Below are positions 24,201 through 37,000 of a stretch of DNA of 64,000 nucleotides, piece after piece (position 1 is the stretch's first letter; every line of letters begins with the position of its first letter). The DNA lies in assembly GCA_964016885.1 (NCBI GenBank), contig OZ024743.1, forward strand, positions 247,504,001 to 247,568,000, written 5' to 3'. The notes below the pieces were generated by a model. That model ran no database searches. It was not told where the DNA came from and saw only the letters and a list, made by a program, of their open reading frames with translations. The position numbers and the translations under genes are program-made. The stretch is from Eledone cirrhosa. Lineage: Eukaryota.

Positions 24201-27200
24201 CTTCAGCTGCCTCATTTAGCATGGGCAGTTTTTTTTGAAAATCACACCACACACAACCAATGTGTGTCTGCACATGTACCAGTAATTACAGATCGATCCG
24301 ACCATGGGCGGCCGGCCGGCGATTGAAAAGGTAACTCCGCCGGCAAATCGTCATTTTTGGATTCGTTTTCTTGGAAGCACACCATTCGCCGGCGGACTTT
24401 GTTGACGTTTAACACGGTTTGGTTCCACAGCCACAACTATTGATTTTACGGAGATATCTTGCTGAAATTCACGCCACACATAGCCAATGAGTGTCTGCAC
24501 AGGTACCAGTAATTACAGATCGATCCGCCCACGGGCGGCCGGCCCAGGATCGAAAAGGTAACTCCGCTGGCAAATCCGCATTTTTGTGATTCGTTTCTTC
24601 GAAGCACATTATTCGCCGGCGGACTTCAGCTTCCACATTTAGCATGGGCAGTTTTTCTTGAAGATCACACCACACACAACCAATGTGTGTCTGCACATGT
24701 ACCAGTAATTACAGATCGATCCGACCACGGGCGGCCGGCCCGCGATTGAAAAGGTAACTCCGCCGGCAAATCGTCATTTTTGTGATTCGTTTTCTTCGAA
24801 GCACACCATTCGCCGCCGGACTTAAGCTGCCTCATTTATCATGGGCAGTTTTTTTTGAAAATCACACCACACACAACCAATGTGTGTCTGCACATGTACC
24901 AGTAATTACAGATCGATCCGACCACGGGCGGCCGGCCCGCGATTGAAAAGGTAACTCCGCCGGCAAATCGTCATTTTTGTGATTCGTTTTCTTCGAAGCA
25001 CACCATTCGCCGCCGGACTTCAGCTGCCTCATTTAGCATGGGCAGTTTTTTTTGAAAATAACACCACACACAACCAATGTGTGTCTGCACATGTACCAGT
25101 AATTACAGATCGATCCCACCACGAGTTCAATGTAAACAAACTTACGCTCAACGACTTTGTTGACGTATAACACGGTTTGGTTCCACAGCCACAACTATTG
25201 ATTTTACGGAGATATCTTGCTGAAATTCACGCCACACATAGCCAATGAGTGTCTGCACATGTACCAGTAATTACAGATCGATCCGACCACGGGCGGCCGG
25301 CCCGCGATTGAAAAGGTAACTCCGCCGGCAAATCGTCATTTTTGGATTCGTTTTCTTCGAAGCACACCATTCGCCGGCGGACTTTGTTGACGTTTAACAC
25401 GGTTTGGTTCCACAGCCACAACTATTGATTTTACGGAGATATCTTGCTGAACTTCACGTCACACATAGCCAATGAGTGTCTGCACAGGTACCAGTAATTA
25501 CAGATCGATCCGCCCACGGGCGGCCGGCCCACGATCGAAAAGGTAACTCCGCTGGCAAATCCGCATTTTTGTGATTCGTTTTTTCGAAGCACATTATTCG
25601 CCGGCGGACTTCAGCTTCCACATTTAGCATGGGCAGTTTTTCTTGAAGATCACACCACACACAGCCAATGAATGTTTGCACAGGTACCACTAATTACAGA
25701 TCGATCCGACCCCGGGCGACCGGCCCGCGATTGAAAAGGTAACTCCGCCGGCAAATCGTCATTTTTGTGATCCGTTTTCTTCGAAGCACACCATTCGCCG
25801 CCGGACTTCAGCTGCCTCATTTAGCATGGGCAGTTTTTTTGAAAATCACACCACACACAACCAATGTGTGTCTGCACATGTACCAGTAATTACAGATCGA
25901 TCCGACCACGGGCGGCCGGCCCGCGATTGAAAAGGTAACTCCGCCGGCAAATCGTCATTTTTGTGATCCGTTTTCTTCGAAGCACACCATTCGCCGCCGG
26001 ACTTCAGCTGCCTCATTTAGCATGGGCAGTTTTTTTTGAAAATCACACCACACACAACCAATGTGTGTCTGCACATGTACCAGTAATTACAGATCGATCC
26101 CACCACGAGTTCAATGTAAACAAACTTACGCTCAACGACTTTGTTGACGTTTAACACGGTTTGGTTCCACAGCCACAACTATTGATTTTACGGAGATATC
26201 TTGCTGAACTTCATGTCACACATAGCCAATGAGTGTCTGCACAGGTACCAGTAATTACAGATCGATCCTCCCACGGGCTGCCGGCCCACGATCGAAAAGG
26301 TAACTCCGCTGGCAAATCCGCATTTTTGTGATTCGTTTCTTCGAAGCACATTATTCGCCGGCGGACTTCAGCTTCCACATTTAGCATGGGCAGTTTTTCT
26401 TGAAGATCACACCACACACAGCCAATGAATGTTTGCACAGGTACCACTAATTACAGATCGATCCGACCCCGGGCGGCCGGCCCGCGATTGAAAAGGTAAC
26501 TCCGCCGGCAAATCGTCATTTTTGTGATCCGTTTTCTTCGAAGCACACCATTCGCCGCCGGACTTCAGCTGCCTCATTTAGCATGGGCAGTTTTTTTGAA
26601 AATCACACCACACACAACCAATGTGTGTCTGCACATGTACCAGTAATTACAGATCGATCCGACCACGGGCGGCCGGCCCGCGATTGAAAAGGTAACTCCG
26701 CCGGCAAATCGTCATTTTTGTGATCCGTTTTCTTCGAAGCACACCATTCGCCGCCGGACTTCAGCTGCCTCATTTAGCATGGGCAGTTTTTTTTGAAAAT
26801 CACACCACACACAACCAATGTGTGTCTGCACATGTACCAGTAATTACAGATCGATCCCACCACGAGTTCAATGTAAACAAACTTACGCTCAACGACTTTG
26901 TTGACGTTTAACACGGTTTGGTTCCACAGCCACAACTATTGATTTTACGGAGATATCTTGCTGAAATTCACGCCACACATAGCCAATGAGTGTCTGCACA
27001 TGTACCAGTAATTACAGATCGATCCGACCACGGGCGGCCGGCCCGCGATTGAAAAGGTAACTCCGCCGGCAAATCGTCATTTTTGGATTCGTTTTCTTCG
27101 AAGCACACCATTCGCCGGCGGACTTTGCTGACGTTTAACACGGTTTGGTTCCACAGCCACAACTATTGATTTTACGGAGATATCTTGCTGAAATTCACGC

Positions 27201-27421
27201 CACACATAGCCAATGAGTGTCTGCACATGTACCAGTAATTACAGATCGATCCGACCACGGGCGGCCGGCCCGCGATTGAAAAGGTAACTCCGCCGGCAAA
27301 TCGTCATTTTTGGATTCGTTTTCTTCGAAGCACACCATTCGCCGGCGGACTTTGCTGACGTTTAACACGGTTTGGTTCCACAGCCACAACTATTGATTTT
27401 ACGGAGATATCTTGCTGAAAT
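19430..27421. repeat. 3996-bp tandem duplication spanning the HOR/homogeneous-domain junction
   Basis: Private markers occur twice at +3996: gacgtataac (21171/25167), gggcgacc, and cttcatgtc with cctcccac (22215/26211). The A-less 757-bp unit followed by gctgacg-type A monomers also recurs (22972/26968). Confidence 0.93.
27062..27122. repeat. 13-bp internal inverted repeat of the A monomer (representative)
   Basis: tccgccggcaaat ... attcgccggcgga is 12/13 complementary, with a 35-bp spacer containing the palindrome cttcgaag. Confidence 0.85.
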
Positions 27422-30400
27422 TCACGCCACACATAGCCAATGAGTGTCTGCACATGTACCAGTAATTACAGATCGATCCGACCACGGGCGGCCGGCCCGC
27501 GATTGGAAAGGTAACTCCGCCGGCAAATCGTCATTTTTGGATTCGTTTTCTTCGAAGCACACCATTCGCCGGCGGACTTTGCTGACGTTTAACACGGTTT
27601 GGTTCCACAGCCACAACTATTGATTTTACGGAGATATCTTGCTGAAATTCACGCCACACATAGCCAATGAGTGTCTGCACATGTACCAGTAATTACAGAT
27701 CGATCCGACCACGGGCGGCCGGCCCGCGATTGAAAAGGTAACTCCGCCGGCAAATCGTCATTTTTGGATTCGTTTTCTTCGAAGCACACCATTCGCCGGC
27801 GGACTTTGCTGACGTTTAACACGGTTTGGTTCCACAGCCACAACTATTGATTTTACGGAGATATCTTGCTGAAATTCACGCCACACATAGCCAATGAGTG
27901 TCTGCACATGAACCAGTAATTACAGATCGATCCGACCACGGGCGGCCGGCCCGCGATTGAAAAGGTAACTCCGCCGGCAAATCGTCATTTTTGGATTCGT
28001 TTTCTTCGAAGCACACCATTCGCCGGCGGACTTTGTTGACGTTTAACACGGTTTGGTTCCACAGCCACAACTATTGATTTTACGGAGATATCTTGCTGAA
28101 ATTCACGCCACACATAGCCAATGAGTGTCTGCACATGTACCAGTAATTACAGATCGATCCGACCACGGGCGGCCGGCCCGCGATTGAAAAGGTAACTCCG
28201 CCGGCAAATCGTCATTTTTGGATTCGTTTTCTTCGAAGCACACCATTCGCCGGCGGACTTTGCTGACGTTTAACACGGTTTGGTTCCACAGCCACAACTA
28301 TTGATTTTACGGAGATATCTTGCTGAAATTCACGCCACACATAGCCAATGAGTGTCTGCACATGTACCAGTAATTACAGATCGATCCGACCACGGGCCGC
28401 CGGCCCGCGATTGAAAAGGTAACTCCGCCGGCAAATCGTCATTTTTGGATTCGTTTTCTTCGAAGCACACCATTCGCCGGCGGACTTTGCTGACGTTTAA
28501 CACGGTTTGGTTCCACAGCCACAACTATTGATTTTACGGAGATATCTTGCTGAAATTCACGCCACACATAGCCAATGAGTGTCTGCACATGTACCAGTAA
28601 TTACAGATCGATCCGACCACGGGCGGCCGGCCCGCGATTGAAAAGGTAACTCCGCCGGCAAATCGTCATTTTTGGATTCGTTTTCTTCGAAGCACACCAT
28701 TCGCCGGCGGACTTTGCTGACGTTTAACACGGTTTGGTTCCACAGCCACAACTATTGATTTTACGGAGATATCTTGCTGAAATTCACGCCACACATAGCC
28801 AATGAGTGTCTGCACATGAACCAGTAATTACAGATCGATCCGACCACGGGCGGCCGGCCCGCGATTGAAAAGGTAACTCCGCCGGCAAATCGTCATTTTT
28901 GGATTCGTTTTCTTCGAAGCACACCATTCGCCGGCGGACTTTGCTGACGTTTAACACGGTTTGGTTCCACAGCCACAACTATTGATTTTACGGAGATATC
29001 TTGCTGAAATTCACGCCACACATAGCCAATGAGTGTCTGCACATGTACCAGTAATTACAGATCGATCCGACCACGGGCGGCCGGCCCGCGATTGAAAAGG
29101 TAACTCCGCCGGCAAATCGTCATTTTTGGATTCGTTTTCTTCGAAGCACACCATTCGCCGGCGGACTTTGCTGACGTTTAACACGGTTTGGTTCCACAGC
29201 CACAACTATTGATTTTACGGAGATATCTTGCTGAAATTCACGCCACACATAGCCAATGAGTGTCTGCACATGAACCAGTAATTACAGATCGATCCGACCA
29301 CGGGCGGCCGGCCCGCGATTGAAAAGGTAACTCCGCCGGCAAATCGTCATTTTTGGATTCGTTTTCTTCGAAGCACACCATTCGCCGGCGGACTTTGCTG
29401 ACGTTTAACACGGTTTGGTTCCACAGCCACAACTATTGATTTTACGGAGATATCTTGCTGAAATTCACGCCACACATAGCCAATGAGTGTCTGCACATGT
29501 ACCAGTAATTACAGATCGATCCGACCACGGGCGGCCGGCCCGCGATTGAAAAGGTAACTCCGCCGGCAAATCGTCATTTTTGGATTCGTTTTCTTCGAAG
29601 CACACCATTCGCCGGCGGACTTTGCTGACGTTTAACACGGTTTGGTTCCACAGCCACAACTATTGATTTTACGGAGATATCTTGCTGAAATTCACGCCAC
29701 ACATAGCCAATGAGTGTCTGCACATGTACCAGTAATTACAGATCGATCCGACCACGGGCGGCCGGCCCGCGATTGAAAAGGTAACTCCGCCGGCAAATCG
29801 TCATTTTTGGATTCGTTTTCTTCGAAGCACACCATTCGCCGGCGGACTTTGCTGACGTTTAACACGGTTTGGTTCCACAGCCACAACTATTGATTTTACG
29901 GAGATATCTTGCTGAAATTCACGCCACACATAGCCAATGAGTGTCTGCACATGTACCAGTAATTACAGATCGATCCGACCACGGGCGGCCGGCCCGCGAT
30001 TTAAAAGGTAACTCCGCCGGCAAATCGTCATTTTTGGATTCGTTTTCTTCGAAGCACACCATTCGCCGGCGGACTTTGTTGACGTTTAACACGGTTTGGT
30101 TCCACAGCCACAACTATTGATTTTACGGAGATATCTTGCTGAAATTCACGCCACACATAGCCAATGAGTGTCTGCACATGAACCAGTAATTACAGATCGA
30201 TCCGACCACGGGCGGCCGGCCCGCGATTGAAAAGGTAACTCCGCCGGCAAATTGTCATTTTTGGATTCGTTTTCTTCGAAGCACACCATTCGCCGGCGGA
30301 CTTTGTTGACGTTTAACACGGTTTGGTTCCACAGCCACAACTATTGATTTTACGGAGATATCTTGCTGAAATTCACGCCACACATAGCCAATGAGTGTCT

Positions 30401-33400
30401 GCACATGTACCAGTAATTACAGATCGATCCGACCACGGGCGGCCGGCCCGCGATTGAAAAGGTAACTCCGCCGGCAAATCGTCATTTTTGGATTCGTTTT
30501 CTTCGAAGCACACCATTCGCCGGCGGACTTTGCTGACGTTTAACACGGTTTGGTTCCACAGCCACAACTATTGATTTTACGGAGATATCTTGCTGAAATT
30601 CACGCCACACATAGCCAATGAGTGTCTGCACATGTACCAGTAATTACAGATCGATCCGACCACGGGCGGCCGGCCCGCGATTGAAAAGGTAACTCCGCCG
30701 GCAAATCGTCATTTTTGGATTCGTTTTCTTCGAAGCACACCATTCGCCGGCGGACTTTGCTGACGTTTAACACGGTTTGGTTCCACAGCCACAACTATTG
30801 ATTTTACGGAGATATCTTGCTGAAATTCACGCCACACATAGCCAATGAGTGTCTGCACATGAACCAGTAATTACAGATCGATCCGACCACGGGCGGCCGG
30901 CCCGCGATTGAAAAGGTAACTCCGCCGGCAAATCGTCATTTTTGGATTCGTTTTCTTCGAAGCACACCATTCGCCGGCGGACTTTGCTGACGTTTAACAC
31001 GGTTTGGTTCCACAGCCACAACTATTGATTTTACGGAGATATCTTGCTGAAATTCACGCCACACATAGCCAATGAGTGTCTGCACATGTACCAGTAATTA
31101 CAGATCGATCCGACCACGGGCGGCCGGCCCGCGATTGAAAAGGTAACTCCGCCGGCAAATCGTCATTTTTGGATTCGTTTTCTTCGAAGCACACCATTCG
31201 CCGGCGGACTTTGCTGACGTTTAACACGGTTTGGTTCCACAGCCACAACTATTGATTTTACGGAGATATCTTGCTGAAATTCACGCCACACATAGCCAAT
31301 GAGTGTCTGCACATGTACCAGTAATTACAGATCGATCCGACCACGGGCGGCCGGCCCGCGATTTAAAAGGTAACTCCGCCGGCAAATCGTCATTTTTGGA
31401 TTCGTTTTCTTCGAAGCACACCATTCGCCGGCGGACTTTGTTGACGTTTAACACGGTTTGGTTCCACAGCCACAACTATTGATTTTACGGAGATATCTTG
31501 CTGAAATTCACGCCACACATAGCCAATGAGTGTCTGCACATGAACCAGTAATTACAGATCGATCCGACCACGGGCGGCCGGCCCGCGATTGAAAAGGTAA
31601 CTCCGCCGGCAAATCGTCATTTTTGGATTCGTTTTCTTCGAAGCACACCATTCGCCGGCGGACTTTGTTGACGTTTAACACGGTTTGGTTCCACAGCCAC
31701 AACTATTGATTTTACGGAGATATCTTGCTGAAATTCACGCCACACATAGCCAATGAGTGTCTGCACATGTACCAGTAATTACAGATCGATCCGACCACGG
31801 GCGGCCGGCCCGCGATTGAAAAGGTAACTCCGCCGGCAAATCGTCATTTTTGGATTCGTTTTCTTCGAAGCACACCATTCGCCGGCGGACTTTGCTGACG
31901 TTTAACACGGTTTGGTTCCACAGCCACAACTATTGATTTTACGGAGATATCTTGCTGAAATTCACGCCACACATAGCCAATGAGTGTCTGCACATGTACC
32001 AGTAATTACAGATCGATCCGACCACGGGCGGCCGGCCCGCGATTGAAAAGGTTACTCCGCCGGCAAATCGTCATTTTTGGATTCGTTTTCTTCGAAGCAC
32101 ACCATTCGCCGGCGGACTTTGCTGACGTTTAACACGGTTTGGTTCCACAGCCACAACTATTGATTTTACGGAGATATCTTGCTGAAATTCACGCCACACA
32201 TAGCCAATGAGTGTCTGCACATGAACCAGTAATTACAGATCGATCCGACCACGGGCGGCCGGCCCGCGATTGAAAAGGTAACTCCGCCGGCAAATCGTCA
32301 TTTTTGGATTCGTTTTCTTCGAAGCACACCATTCGCCGGCGGACTTTGTTGACGTTTAACACGGTTTGGTTCCACAGCCACAACTATTGATTTTACGGAG
32401 ATATCTTGCTGAAATTCACGCCACACATAGCCAATGAGTGTCTGCACATGTACCAGTAATTACAGATCGATCCGACCACGGGCGGCCGGCCCGCGATTGA
32501 AAAGGTAACTCCGCCGGCAAATCGTCATTTTTGGATTCGTTTTCTTCGAAGCACACCATTCGCCGGCGGACTTTGCTGACGTTTAACACGGTTTGGTTCC
32601 ACAGCCACAACTATTGATTTTACGGAGATATCTTGCTGAAATTCACGCCACACATAGCCAATGAGTGTCTGCACATGAACCAGTAATTACAGATCGATCC
32701 GACCACGGGCGGCCGGCCCGCGATTGAAAAGGTAACTCCGCCGGCAAATCGTCATTTTTGGATTCGTTTTCTTCGAAGCACACCATTCGCCGGCGGACTT
32801 TGCTGACGTTTAACACGGTTTGGTTCCACAGCCACAACTATTGATTTTACGGAGATATCTTGCTGAAATTCACGCCACACATAGCCAATGAGTGTCTGCA
32901 CATGTACCAGTAATTACAGATCGATCCGACCACGGGCGGCCGGCCCGCGATTGAAAAGGTAACTCCGCCGGCAAATCGTCATTTTTGGATTCGTTTTCTT
33001 CGAAGCACACCATTCGCCGGCGGACTTTGCTGACGTTTAACACGGTTTGGTTCCACAGCCACAACTATTGATTTTACGGAGATATCTTGCTGAAATTCAC
33101 GCCACACATAGCCAATGAGTGTCTGCACATGTACCAGTAATTACAGATCGATCCGACCACGGGCGGCCGGCCCGCGATTTAAAAGGTAACTCCGCCGGCA
33201 AATCGTCATTTTTGGATTCGTTTTCTTCGAAGCACACCATTCGCCGGCGGACTTTGTTGACGTTTAACACGGTTTGGTTCCACAGCCACAACTATTGATT
33301 TTACGGAGATATCTTGCTGAAATTCACGCCACACATAGCCAATGAGTGTCTGCACATGAACCAGTAATTACAGATCGATCCGACCACGGGCGGCCGGCCC

Positions 33401-34007
33401 GCGATTGAAAAGGTAACTCCGCCGGCAAATTGTCATTTTTGGATTCGTTTTCTTCGAAGCACACCATTCGCCGGCGGACTTTGTTGACGTTTAACACGGT
33501 TTGGTTCCACAGCCACAACTATTGATTTTACGGAGATATCTTGCTGAAATTCACGCCACACATAGCCAATGAGTGTCTGCACATGTACCAGTAATTACAG
33601 ATCGATCCGACCACGGGCGGCCGGCCCGCGATTGAAAAGGTAACTCCGCCGGCAAATCGTCATTTTTGGATTCGTTTTCTTCGAAGCACACCATTCGCCG
33701 GCGGACTTTGCTGACGTTTAACACGGTTTGGTTCCACAGCCACAACTATTGATTTTACGGAGATATCTTGCTGAAATTCACGCCACACATAGCCAATGAG
33801 TGTCTGCACATGTACCAGTAATTACAGATCGATCCGACCACGGGCGGCCGGCCCGCGATTGTTGAAAAGGTAACTCCGCCGGCAAATCGTCATTTTTGGA
33901 TTCGTTTTCTTCGAAGCACACCATTCGCCGGCGGACTTTGTTGACGTTTAACACGGTTTGGTTCCACAGCCACAACTATTGATTTTACGGAGATATCTTG
34001 CTGAAAT

Positions 34008-37000
34008 TCACGCCACACATAGCCAATGAGTGTCTGCACATGTACCAGTAATTACAGATCGATCCGACCACGGGCGGCCGGCCCGCGATTGAAAAGGTAA
34101 CTCCGCCGGCAAATCGTCATTTTTGGATTCGTTTTCTTCGAAGCACACCATTCGCCGGCGGACTTTGCTGACGTTTAACACGGTTTGGTTCCACAGCCAC
34201 AACTATTGATTTTACGGAGATATCTTGCTGAAATTGACGCCACACATAGCCAATGAGTGTCTGCACATGTACCAGTAATTACAGATCGATCCGACCACGG
34301 GCGGCCGGCCCGCGATTGAAAAGGTAACTCCGCCGGCAAATCGTCATTTTTGGATTCGTTTTCTTCGAAGCACACCATTCGCCGGCGGACTTTGCTGACG
34401 TTTAACACGGTTTGGTTCCACAGCCACAACTATTGATTTTACGGAGATATCTTGCTGAAATTGACGCCACACATAGCCAATGAGTGTCTGCACATGTACC
34501 AGTAATTACAGATCGATCCGACCAGGGGCGGCCGGCCCGCGATTGAAAAGGTAACTCCGCCGGCAAATCGCCATTTTTGGATTCGTTTTCTTCGAAGCAC
34601 ACCATTCGCCGGCGGACTTTGCTGACGTTTAACACGGTTTGGTTCCACAGCCACAACTATTGATTTTACGGAGATATCTTGCTGAAATTGACGCCACACA
34701 TAGCCAATGAGTGTCTGCACATGTACCAGTAATTACAGATCGATCCGACCAGGGGCGGCCGGCCCGCGATTGAAAAGGTAACTCCGCCGGCAAATCGTCA
34801 TTTTTGGATTCGTTTTCTTCGAAGCACACCATTCGCCGGCGGACTTTGCTGACGTTTAACACGGTTTGGTTCCACAGCCACAACTATTGATTTTACGGAG
34901 ATATCTTGCTGAAATTCACGCCACACATAGCCAATGAGTGTCTGCACATGTACCAGTAATTACAGATCGATCCGACCACGGGCGGCCGGCCCGCGATTGA
35001 AAAGGTAACTCCGCCGGCAAATCGTCATTTTTGGATTCGTTTTCTTCGAAGCACACCATTCGCCGGCGGACTTTGTTGACGTTTAACACGGTTTGGTTCC
35101 ACAGCCACAACTATTGATTTTACGGAGATATCTTGCTGAAATTCACGCCACACATAGCCAATGAGTGTCTGCACATGTACCAGTAATTACAGATCGATCC
35201 GACCACGGGCGGCCGGCCCGCGATTGAAAAGGTAACTCCGCCGGCAAATCGTCATTTTTGGATTCGTTTTCTTCGAAGCACACCATTCGCCGGCGGACTT
35301 TGCTGACGTTTAACACGGTTTGGTTCCACAGCCACAACTATTGATTTTACGGAGATATCTTGCTGAAATTCACGCCACACATAGCCAATGAGTGTCTGCA
35401 CATGTACCAGTAATTACAGATCGATCCGACCACGGGCGGCCGGCCCGCGATTGAAAAGGTAACTCCGCCGGCAAATCGTCATTTTTGGATTCGTTTTCTT
35501 CGAAGCACACCATTCGCCGGCGGACTTTGCTGACGTTTAACACGGTTTGGTTCCACAGCCACAACTATTGATTTTACGGAGATATCTTGCTGAAATTGAC
35601 GCCACACATAGCCAATGAGTGTCTGCACATGTACCAGTAATTACAGATCGATCCGACCACGGGCGGCCGGCCCGCGATTGAAAAGGTAACTCCGCCGGCA
35701 AATCGTCATTTTTGGATTCGTTTTCTTCGAAGCACACCATTCGCCGGCGGACTTTGCTGACGTTTAACACGGTTTGGTTCCACAGCCACAACTATTGATT
35801 TTACGGAGATATCTTGCTGAAATTCACGCCACACATAGCCAATGAGTGTCTGCACATGTACCAGTAATTACAGATCGATCCGACCACGGGCGGCCGGCCC
35901 GCGATTGAAAAGGTAACTCCGCCGGCAAATCGTCATTTTTGGATTCGTTTTCTTCGAAGCACACCATTCGCCGGCGGACTTTGCTGACGTTTAACACGGT
36001 TTGGTTCCACAGCCACAACTATTGATTTTACGGAGATATCTTGCTGAAATTCACGCCACACATAGCCAATGAGTGTCTGCACATGTACCAGTAATTACAG
36101 ATCGATCCGACCACGGGCGGCCGGCCCGCGATTGAAAAGGTAACTCCGCCGGCAAATCGCCATTTTTGGATTCGTTTTCTTCGAAGCACACCATTCGCCG
36201 GCGGACTTTGCTGACGTTTAACACGGTTTGGTTCCACAGCCACAACTATTGATTTTACGGAGATATCTTGCTGAAATTGACGCCACACATAGCCAATGAG
36301 TGTCTGCACATGTACCAGTAATTACAGATCGATCCGACCAGGGGCGGCCGGCCCGCGATTGAAAAGGTAACTCCGCCGGCAAATCGTCATTTTTGGATTC
36401 GTTTTCTTCGAAGCACACCATTCGCCGGCGGACTTTGCTGACGTTTAACACGGTTTGGTTCCACAGCCACAACTATTGATTTTACGGAGATATCTTGCTG
36501 AAATTCACGCCACACATAGCCAATGAGTGTCTGCACATGTACCAGTAATTACAGATCGATCCGACCACGGGCGGCCGGCCCGCGATTGAAAAGGTAACTC
36601 CGCCGGCAAATCGTCATTTTTGGATTCGTTTTCTTCGAAGCACACCATTCGCCGGCGGACTTTGTTGACGTTTAACACGGTTTGGTTCCACAGCCACAAC
36701 TATTGATTTTACGGAGATATCTTGCTGAAATTCACGCCACACATAGCCAATGAGTGTCTGCACATGTACCAGTAATTACAGATCGATCCGACCACGGGCG
36801 GCCGGCCCGCGATTGAAAAGGTAACTCCGCCGGCAAATCGTCATTTTTGGATTCGTTTTCTTCGAAGCACACCATTCGCCGGCGGACTTTGCTGACGTTT
36901 AACACGGTTTGGTTCCACAGCCACAACTATTGATTTTACGGAGATATCTTGCTGAAATTCACGCCACACATAGCCAATGAGTGTCTGCACATGTACCAGT

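Larger units (their letters stand above)
1..26967. repeat. Complex higher-order-repeat domain of A (227), B' (196), B (196/197) and C (168 bp) monomers
   Basis: Unit starts (length): 615(1181), 1796(984), 2780(1181), 3961(984), 4945(816), 5761(1181), 6942(984), 7926(816), 8742(985), 9727(984), 10711(984), 11695(1181), 12876(984), 13860(816), 14676(985), 15661(984), 16645(816), 17461(985), 18446(984), 19430(816), 20246(985), 21231(984), 22215(757), 22972(227), 23199(227), 23426(816), 24242(985), 25227(984), 26211(757). Lengths sum exactly from monomer sizes, e.g. 227+196+196+197+168=984. Confidence 0.97.

Noticed and set aside
27087-27103. CENP-B-box-like 17-mer attcgttttcttcgaag
   Set aside because: It matches TTCG and the second CG at the right spacing, but only 6 of the 9 essential positions (TTCGnnnnAnnCGGG). 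That is insufficient to call.
27030-27125. HDV-like ribozyme, suggested by GGCCGGC...GCCGGC and minus-strand GGCGAATGG
   Set aside because: I could not build P2, P3/L3 or P1.1 in the required order, and the motifs are explained by GC palindromes. An Infernal/RNArobo search would settle it.
26980-27140. Pol II promoter motifs (CCAAT, GGGCGG, TGACG)
   Set aside because: These are short motifs expected by chance, with no downstream gene.
26968-27194. Hammerhead ribozyme, as in newt/schistosome/cricket satellites
   Set aside because: No CTGANGA core on either strand in any monomer type (only ctgaaat, ctgacgt, ctgaagt).
26968-27194. Tandem 5S rRNA, tRNA, snRNA or spliced-leader gene array
   Set aside because: No recognisable 5S, U-snRNA or SL sequence and no tRNA cloverleaf. 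Rfam cmscan was not run.
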